NCBI GenBank assembly: GCA_965649765.1
Contig: OZ287753.1
Coordinates: 70,060,001-70,124,000, forward strand
DNA: 64,000 nt
Source of the DNA: Bispira polyomma
Taxonomy: Eukaryota
Reading direction: 5' to 3'
Numbering within the stretch: the stretch's first letter is position 1; each line of letters starts with the position of its first letter. A model generated the notes under the pieces. That model worked only from the letters and a program-made list of their open reading frames with translations, was not told where the DNA came from and did not search any database. The position numbers and the translations under genes were made by a program. This document shows positions 54,801 through 64,000 of the stretch, in pieces.

Positions 54801-57035
54801 AAGTCACCGGGTATTCTATTAGCAGTTGATTTTGAAAAAGCATTTGACAGTATTGAGTGGGTTTTTATTCAAAAAGCTTTACTGTCTTTCAATTTTGGGC
54901 AAGTATTCAGAAAATGGGTGAACATTCTGTATTCAGATATTTACAGTTGCATCATTAATAATGGATTCACATCTGGGTATTTCCCCTTATTTAGAGGAGT
55001 AAGACAAGGAGATCCACTGTCTCCGTATTTATTTATAACAGCAGTAGAAATATTAACGCTAGCCATAAGACAGGAAAAAAGAATACGTGGAGTCAAGATA
55101 AATAATATGGAAATAAAGTTAGTCCAGTATGCAGATGACACCACTGGCATATTATTAGACATTGAATCTGCACAAATTTTTCTCAAAAGACTAAATGATT
55201 TTGAAAAAGTATCAGGTCTTAAAGTTAATATGGAAAAAGCAGAAGCAGTTCTTCTAGGTAATCTTCAAGATAAAGCAAGTGATCAATATTATAATATAAA
55301 TAAAAAATGGTCAAAGGAGCCCTTTAAAATATTAGGGGTGTATTTTTCATACGATACAACTGAAGACAACAATATAAATTTTGGGTCAAAACTTTTAGAT
55401 CTTGAAAAAACACTGAATTTATGGAAAATGAGAAATTTGTCATTAACAGGAAAGGTTTTAATTATAAAGGTACTGGGAGTTTCCAAATTTCTGTACTTGG
55501 CCTCAGTCATATGTATACCACTGTGGGTTGTGGAAAAAATTAATATTTTGACCTACAACTTTTTGTGGGGTAGCTTTAATGATAAAGTAAAGAGGTGTCA
55601 GATGATACAGACATATGAATTGGGAGGTCAAAAGATGCTTGATTTGGAATCTAAAATAGCAGCCCTTCAGCTAAAATGGGTACAGAGATATTTTAGCACA
55701 GGTTGTAATAGTATTTGGAAGGTCATGTTTGAATTTTATTTAAAACAAGAATCAACAGATATATTTATGCAAAGTGAATATGATAATAAGGAATTTAAAT
55801 CTCAGTTAAATCAATTCTATAAAGAAGTTTTATCAAGATGGTCATCTTTAAGATGTAATGAGAATTTCACTTACAAGGAGTTATGTAATTCAATTATATG
55901 GTACAACAAACATATTAAGGTGAATAAACAAACAATATTTTATAAAGAATTTGCTGAAAAAAATGTAATAAAAATTTTTGATATTTTAAATAATGATGGC
56001 AATATCATGACTTTTAATGAACTTTAGAATAAGTTTAACATTAGTTCCAAATATTGGTTCTTATGGCAAAGTCTGGTACATTCTATCCCAGTAAATTGGA
56101 AAACAATGCTCAGGGTTAATGCACAAAGTCTAAAATGTGTAGATAAAACAGAGACACCATATATTGCTATAAATAATACATCATTTGAAATTATTTCAGT
56201 GAAGTCTAAATCACTATATAATGCTTTTGTGAACAAGAAATTACATAATTCAGTTGGTTTGATTAAAAATTCTGAGAAATATGGGCTTGACAGAGATATT
56301 TGGAAAGATATTTTTCTTCTGCCAAGAAAATTAAAAATAGAGAACAAAGTGAAGGATTTGCAATATAAAATAATTCACTGTTGTGTGTCAACTAATAATA
56401 TTTTATATAAAATGAAAATCAAAGCTTTTAATAGTTGTGAGTGGTGTCATTTTCATAAAGAAACTTTGGAACATCTTTTTATTGAATGTAATTCCGTCAA
56501 AAATTTTGGGCTATCAACTCAAGAAATATTAAAAAAAAGTTATCACTTGAGCAGAATTTTATCAGAGAAGGAAATTTTATTTGGAATACTCGAAAGTGAT
56601 CATGAAAATAATATTGTGAATCAAATGAATACAATTATACTTTATGCTAAATATTACATCTGGAAGTCAAAACTAGCAAAAAAACATCCAACCATCAAAG
56701 AATTTAAAAAAACTATGCAATGTTCGTTTGTATATAATAATATTGTTATGTAATAACATTACTTTTATTTTGATGGTTGAATATTTCCAATAGGTGAGTG
56801 TGACAATGTTTGTCCTGTGAAAATTGTTCGCTGTCTTGTGCTGTAAGTGTCCTGTGGAGTCTTTGTGTCCTTTCGTATTAAAAATGTATATCCTGTGGAG
56901 TCTTTTGTCATTTTGTCCTTTTGTATTAAAAAACGTAAATCTAATAACTATAGGTCTTGCTTTTTTAATTGTTAAAGAAAACATGTATTAGTACATTGTA
57001 ATTTGAAGCATTTGTTGGCAAAATAAAAGATTTAC

Positions 57036-57067
<32 letters not shown>

Positions 57068-57400
57068 CACGTTAGTCTCTTCAAGCTGGAGGAGTACAGC
57101 CATCATGGCATCAGAATCCAGCTGGCCCGTGTTGTGGGTGATAACGTGGAAGTCACATTGTACTAGGACTGTCGCTGACTGTCACTAATTGCGTTTGACA
57201 AGGTGTCCCACAAGTCACAAACTACATTATCAGTTACCTGTCCCCTTTTTGTAGATCTTTTGGTAGATGTCAATTTACTTCTCGTTGCACTAGTCACAGG
57301 AGTCGTTTTTGTTCTCCCCATAGTGTGTAAACGTGTGAAAAAATTAAAACAAATCATTAAAACCAACTAAAACCACTTGTAAATGTTTTTTTTTTCTTTC
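51280..57400 (-). mobile_element. Ngaro/DIRS-type YR retrotransposon, RT core deleted, interrupted by a LINE
   Basis: gag from ~57320 and 54700-53880 (FNELSIPQ.., CKLFNSGRCSYKADHG zinc finger), Asn-rich pol N-terminus 53773-52850, RNase H (YVDASLEGIGAVW, CDNGAVV, ADYLSR), YR 52302-51335 (FHSFRRSGAT..HGGW..AYL). Confidence 0.88.
54727..57062 (+). mobile_element. Young 5'-truncated L1/Tx1-clade LINE with poly(A) tail and 13-bp TSD
   Basis: RT (DFEKAFDS, GVRQGDPLSP, QYADDT) and zinc knuckle CEWCHFHKETLEHLFIEC; a single in-frame TAG at 56025; AATAAA plus poly(A); TSD ATCTTCACGTTAG at 54714-54726 and 57063-57075. Confidence 0.96.
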
Positions 57401-57606
57401 TCCTTTGAATTTTGTACATGTGTCACCTTCAGTGTCGTGTTTCAATATGGAGGACTCTTAACAATAGCTAGCTAGGGGTAGCATTCACGTTGATATGGGT
57501 GGAGAGATAGACAGAAGAGTAAAACTAAGGGTACCTAAAAGTTTAAGGTAGAGTGTGTTATTATAGTGAACTGATGTAGCAGGCCCCTATGTTGCCGTGC
57601 TATTCA

Positions 57607-59750
57607 ACCTGACATAGTTTTACTGTGAGCTGTGGGGGGCCGCGGTGGCCTAGTGGTTAGCAAGCATTGCACTTCATAATCACTGGTCTCTCACCTCTGG
57701 GCAGCGCGAGTTCGAATCCCATCGATGCCTATGTGGGAAAGGTGGTAGATCCTTACTGTGGGCCCCTGGTTTCTCTGCAGAACCTTGACCGACTGTATGC
57801 AGTGTTTCCTCCAGCGTTTCCAACTACCCGTCCCAATAGAACCTACTAAAAGGTACTAGAGTGGACGTTAAATATCCAAATTCAAATTCAACTGTGAGCT
57901 GTGGGAATTTCCAAAAATATCAACAAAAACAGTCTCACAGAACAAAGTGCACAGTGAGTGGAGTGCAGTGTGTGTCTATTGTGACTCTTTATACAGTAGG
58001 GATATATTGTATTTTTTTTGAATGTTCACCCACAAGTTCTATTAATTTGTCAGTGTCAAAAGTTCTTTGTATAGCTTTAGGCATTTTTAGTTACTTCTTT
58101 GTCCTACAGTACTTACCCAGAAGTTATAAATAATATCTGAACCTGGGAAAACCCCCCAAAAATCATGTGATTTGTGATCTGTATAGCTTACGTATCCATA
58201 AAAAATTGCTCAAAAAGGGATTGTATCAGTAGTTTTTTCTATGCGTACGCATCTGGATGTACTTACACGGATTAAAGGAGTCACATTAAGTAACAATAGT
58301 GGAAGGAATTTTTGTACACTTATGCTTACACGTACTCAAATGCATTTTGCCATTGCAGATTAAAGGAGTATCAACTTTTGTCATGGGTTTTACGTTTCTT
58401 TTAACAGCTTTGGTCATGTCAAGAAAGTCAGATTTAGTGGTGTAAGAAAAACAATGCTGAAACACTTGTAAACTAGCGACCTGTGGCAGAGTACCAACTT
58501 CCTCACACAAAGGAATGAACAGAATTCAGATAAACATTGACCTGACATAGTTTTACAGTGAGCTTTGGGAATTTCTAGAAGTAACAACATAAACAGTCTC
58601 ACAGAACAGAGTTTGCAGTGAGTGGAGTGCAATGTGTGTGTTTATTATGACTCTATACAGTGGGGATAATGCTTAAATAAGCATAGTTATTTGCTTGCAG
58701 GGGCCCTTTAACATTTGGATTAATTCTTGAAAACGGATAGTAAGTGTGAACGTAATAATGTAATATTTCCAACATTTTTTTTTTTATTTGGATATTTAAC
58801 ATCCACTCTTGTATCTGTTTAGGTTATAATTGGACGGGTAGTTGGAAACGCTGGAGGAAACACTTAACATTTCCAGCATACATATATCTTTAGAAATTAT
58901 TTAAAATTTTGTTGGATTTTACATTTCTTATAACAGTTTTAAGCTAAGCATCCTTTACTGCACAATGCCTGACGCGTATACTGATACGTATTGACATTTT
59001 ATTATCCGTATACATTTTGGCTGGCTCCATTAATACATATCTTGGTCCGTATTTGCTGTGTTTTTGAAGAGATTAGATTCATTCAAAAAAATTTATATAT
59101 GTGTGTGTGCATCAATGTATATATCTGTTTTTAATTCAGCACACTAGGATATAAACATTTAGAACTTCCTGAATACTTTCCCACAGATTATTTATCTTAA
59201 GGGCATCTCCGTAGTCTGCTAGTGTGGGTTCATACAGCATTGGATGTTCTCTCACAAGTTCTATTAATTTGTCAGTCTCAAATATGTTTTTTACTTGTGT
59301 TTCTCTAGGCATTTTTAGTTACTTCTTTGTCCTACAGTACTTTCCCAAAAGTTACAAATAATATCTGAACCTGGGAAAACCCCCCAAAATCATGTGATTT
59401 GTGATCTATATAGCTTACGTATCTATAAAAAATTGCTCGAAAAGAGATTGTATCCTAGTTTTTTCTATGCATACGCATCTGGATGTACTAACACAGATTA
59501 AAGGAGTCACATCAAGTAAAAATAGTCAAAGGGATTTTTTTACATGCACGCATCCGCTTACGTGAATGCATATGCATCTGTCACTGCAGATTAAAGGGGT
59601 CATGGGTTTATGTCTCTTTTAACTGCTTTGGTCATGTCAAGAAAGTCAGATTTAGTGCTGTAAGACAACCGTGCTAAAACATTTGTAAACCACCGACCTA
59701 TAGCAAAGTACCTGACCAACTTCCTCCCACAAAGGAATGAATAGGATTCG
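57607..59750. repeat. Tandem two-copy segmental duplication
   Basis: Unit 1 ~57607-58530 and unit 2 ~58541-59750 share cctgacatagttttac.., cacaagttctattaatttgtcag.., aacttcctc.cacaaaggaatgaa; each carries a different insertion. Confidence 0.88.
57637..57890 (+). mobile_element. Full-length tRNA-derived SINE (family 1) with TSD
   Basis: A box TGGCCTAGTGG (57646), B box GTTCGAATCC (57710), (CAAATT)n tail, TSD ACTGTGAGCTGTGGG at 57622-57636 and 57891-57905. Confidence 0.92.
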
Positions 59751-62136
59751 AACCCAGATTGGCCAGAGACCAGTGGTTATATTAGCAACGGCCACCAGGA
59801 AACAAGGTCCCTATATATCTTTAAAACTTATGCTGGTTCAAATATAGTTAGAGATGGTTTCTAAGGCAATTACTGGTGCTGTAACACTAGGCCTGCTAAC
59901 AGTTAAGGCCCACCCTGAATTTTATGGTTAATATCTCAGTGAAGCATTGATGTTTCTGCACAAATATTGTTGTATTGAAAACAAAGTAACAAACTAAATA
60001 GACCAGTTTAGAAGAAACATATTCAAAATCAATCTTTAAAGATATATTTTCAGTCACACATTGGGTGGCCCTAACTGTTAGGGGGCCTTAACCTTTATAG
60101 CACCAGTAATGTACTTTTTACGGCCTTCTTATAAGTCATATTTTAATACCAACTGAAAGGAACTTATTATAAGGAATTGCCTTCTTTCAACATATTTCCC
60201 TCAGATTTCCCTCAAATCAGACGTCCGCCGACGTCTGTTACACTATCAGAATTTATCGGTCAGTGAGCCAAAAAAATCGGGAGGTCAGTCCGATTTTTAA
60301 CAAATTTTTTTTAAAAAGTACAAAACAAACCAGATTGTCGTTGGTGTCTGCCACAAGGAAGCCTAGGATTAGTGTAGTAGTGTCTGTAATTTGGCCCAAG
60401 ACTTAGTTCAATAGAATACGCCTATATAGTTTTCCGTTTACTGAAATACCAGCTAGCCGTTAAAAATCTACAATATCCCCATATATGACATGCCACAAAA
60501 AGGGCTTTCAGAAAGTCTGCATATAATAATAATCCATTTATTATGTGGCGCTTAACCAATGAATTAGATTAGTTATAAAACTACAAGAAATTATAAATGT
60601 TTACTATTTTATTATGTAAAAGTCATGATTTAGAACTTATTAAAGCTGTATTTGAAGCTAATCCTATGAACCAATAACACTCCAGTCTGTTTTTATATCT
60701 CAGTTTTCCATTTTATGCAAAATATAGCCCTTTCAACCATTATGTTTTCGGTAAAGCAGTTAATGGCAATTTTATTTTCCATTAATTCTTCGCATTAGAA
60801 AATTGTTAATTAGTACAACAGGCTCCTCTGTTTAAAAAAAGTTATATAAGAGGCCGTTGTTGAATACTAAAAGTAGTCTGTGGTGTGTGTTTTAGTGACT
60901 CCAGCTATCTGTAACCTAGTACTCAAAAAAATTCCCGGTGACAGTTTTCTCTTGGGGTCGAAAGGGTTAAATACATATATGATCCTTCTGATAATAATTA
61001 AAATATGGATCTTAAATTTATCCAAAATGTGCAATCTAATGATGGAATTTTTGGACACAAGAAAAACAGATTAACAGATTTGTAATGGTATTCAAAATTA
61101 TAATCACTATCTACCTGTCTTTATCTGGTCTTCAAAGAGCCCTAGGTTACCGTTTTCCTGATTTACTGCCCAAGAGCCAAATAGTACCAGTAACTATAAT
61201 TTCTCCTTAATGAAGACAACCTTGAGGATGACCATTTATATTGAACATCCTCTAGCTTTCTTTAGGAAAGAATCCAGTTAAAGAGGACCACCATTTTAAG
61301 TGCTCATCGTAACTATTAGGTATCTGCCTCTACCTGTGGGCAGGTATCAAACAAATGTCTTCTGCATTCCTAAGTCAGTGGGTTATCCACCTGGGCTACA
61401 GTGGCAGATGTCTTTGACAAGTAGTTACAGGTTCACTAGTGACTGTATTTTCAAAAGATCTTAAGCTCAATTCTGACTCAAATCTGAAGCCACCCATATA
61501 TCTCTGTACATTAAAATCTAACTGCATATTTGAACTCAGCACTAAAAGTTCAATTAAAAAGAATGGTCACATAGTATAGGTTTTTATTCCATGCACAAGG
61601 ACTTCCCACATAACCTCGATTTGAGTTGAGTCTGAGCTTGTTTAGAGAATATGCACCCTGGTGAATATGTTGATTTAAGTGCAGTTTATTCTCATTATAA
61701 ATGATAAATGATAACTTAGATAATAACCACATTCTTGAAAATTGTTGCGGATTATTTAAACGTATAATAAGGCCACAGTTCTACTTAGTACACCGTATGG
61801 TTCCTTTTAAAAATAAATTGGTCTGAGATAGTACTAACAAAGAGTCATACTCTTTAATATTTATATCAAGAGTTTTGATTGGTAGATCAAGCTGTACCTA
61901 GCAATCTAATTGGCTGAATCTAAGCCAATCAGATTGCAATCAGAACAATTCTTGAGAATGGCAATCTGATAATATTTGTGAATAGGACCCCTAAACAGAG
62001 TTAAAGACTAGGTGATTTGTATGAGTGTTGGCATATTTTTATTGAACTCTGATAGCTTCTACTTTACCAAAGTCGTTTGGAGAAAATTAATGTGAATTTG
62101 TCTATTTCAGAGATGTATTTATACTAAAAGAAGAAA

Positions 62137-64000
62137 ATGGCATCTGGTAGAATTATCTTGCTATTCTGTGCTGTTCTGTGCCCAGTTATATATGTTAAAG
62201 GCTCACATCAAAGGTGCTACCACATTTTCAACAATCCAAAATTACCACTTGCAGTGTTTGGGCAAAACAACAAATTATTGAAGTCAGTACTGATAGACTG
62301 TAACATGGAACTGTCCAACCGGACTGACATTTGTACTGTGGATGTGTCCAAATTCATGGACAATTCGTGTAACAGTGGTGAAGATATCGCTCATTATCTA
62401 AGAATAACTTGTACCAATACACAGGTTAGACCGGTTATCACCAATGAACATAATATCTCCTGTCCTAATTATGTTGGTTCTCTGGTAACTGAAAACTGTA
62501 GCATCAACTGGCAAGATATGGAAGTTATGGTGCATGGTTACATTTGATTTATCTCGAATTTGACGGCTGTAAGGATCGTTGGGACGAAGAGATTGTCACT
62601 TCAAACTATTGGGCCAATTATGTAAACTCTGCAAGGGTTGAAGACTATGATGCGAATGAGGCAGATACAGAGCCACTTTTGATCCCACATGGCTTAAGAG
62701 AAGTGAGGACTTTAGCCTTGTTTAACATGGAAGTAGAAGAGTTTCCAAACATATTCTAAAGGTTTGTGTGGCCTCTGATGGATCAAATATATTTCAATAA
62801 TACATCAATGTTACACACACAGTTTCATCATATAAATGAATTTTTGCAGAAAACATTTCCTAGGCTACAGACATATTACTGTATAAATTGTGGTTTAACA
62901 CAGCCTCCTTCTGAGTTTCCTCGGGAAGAAGAATATTTGTTGCTTCCCAGAAACCTGGACAGGACACAAAAATTAAACTTTGAAATTTGCTGAGAAGAAA
63001 TTATTACAGACGAATATTGATTCTGGATGGCAACAACATCACCGACTTGTCTAACTTTACCTTCACCGGAAACCTTCAACAGATTTCCTTGACAAAGAAC
63101 CATTTATCGATTTTAAATAACAAATTATTTGTCAACATGTGAGGCCTGCAATATATTTATTTAAGTAATAATATGTTGAGGACACTACCTTCAGGATTAC
63201 TTCTCATTCAAACATGCCTTTTCAACATATCATTTGCAAATAACCTCATCTCAGACATCCCAAAAGGCCTCTTTCAAAACCTGCCGGCATTAAAAAAAAT
63301 TGACTTGAGTGAAAATCTGATAACTGCCATCACCAGTGGAAAGTTTGTTGAGTTGCCTTTACTGAAATTTATAAATCTTGCATCCAATCAAATTCAGTAC
63401 ATTTGGGATGATGCAATATCCTCCAGTCAGGCTGTTTTGGACCATCTAGATCTATCAAAAAACAAAATCACTGTCATCCCTAGAATTGTTTTTGAACTTC
63501 ACCAAGTACGTACCACAGATCTGAGCAGTAACCAAATCACATTTGACAGCATAAAGGAGAGTCTAGAAAATTCCAACATTAATGGTCTCATCTATGCCCG
63601 GTACAAGCCAGCAGGCATACATGAAGACCTTCCAAAGGACCCAATCTGTCCAAGCCAACTGACTTTTGAGAATAACAACATTTCAACCATAGACATTCGG
63701 GCTCTCAACAAAAACTCCTTTATTCTTGTGAAACTATTCTTTCATTTTTTTAACGTGAGACTTGAAGACAATGACTTTGTGTGTGACTGCAAAGTGTTTC
63801 CGTTTTACAACTACATGCATATACAGAAGAATATTTGGAAGGTAAATGATTACAATAAAAACAACTTAAAATGCAAAAAGCCAGATAATCTATATGGTAA
63901 ATTGCTCTATGATGTGGATTCATTCGACTTTATTTGTGAAGCGAGTGTTGCATTCTGTCCAGCACTTTGTATCTGTTTCGAAGGTCGGCTGATGGTGCCA
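62137..64000 (+). pseudogene. Toll-like receptor ectodomain (multiple-cysteine-cluster type), disrupted; continues beyond the window
   Basis: Signal peptide, LRRs (LKKIDLSENLI, LDHLDLSKNKI), LRRCT (NDFVCDCKV..LKCKKP) then LRRNT (CPALCIC). Frameshifts near 62540 and 62990, stops at 62757 and 63140. TIR domain is not in the window. Confidence 0.85.

Noticed and set aside
54941-56347. Minus-strand ORFs over the L1
   Set aside because: Antisense shadows of the RT ORF.
57637-57725. tRNA gene
   Set aside because: A and B boxes are present but they head a dispersed ~250-bp SINE with a tail and TSD.
59805-59816. Possible partner end of the 2310 Polinton (aggtccctata)
   Set aside because: Only an ~11-nt match; it lacks the terminal CTACT and the expected TSD.

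Overview
AT-rich eukaryotic genomic DNA from a repeat-dense invertebrate. Its TE families and Toll type suggest a lophotrochozoan, but the species cannot be determined. Host genes: an intact 14-exon SLC5 sodium:solute symporter on the minus strand (16769-30524, 592 aa, all splice phases consistent) and a disrupted multiple-cysteine-cluster Toll-like receptor starting at 62137 and running off the window end. The main mobile element is a bounded 7.4-kb endogenous Polinton/Maverick (adintovirus-like) at 38021-45423. It has AGTAGT-terminated inverted repeats, a perfect 6-bp TSD (TAGGGT), integrase, minor and major capsid, core-type genes and a packaging ATPase C-terminus, but no DNA polymerase and only a protease stub. 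A second Polinton end with a different terminus lies at 2310. A 6.7-kb, 189-bp-unit satellite reverses orientation at 8637/8638 to form a giant fold-back. Also present: two decayed Ngaro/DIRS tyrosine-recombinase retrotransposons, L1/Tx1 and L2/CR1-group LINEs (one with a 2A-like motif, one young copy with a 13-bp TSD), tRNA-derived SINEs and MITEs. All calls come from reading the sequence and translations by eye; no database searches were run.
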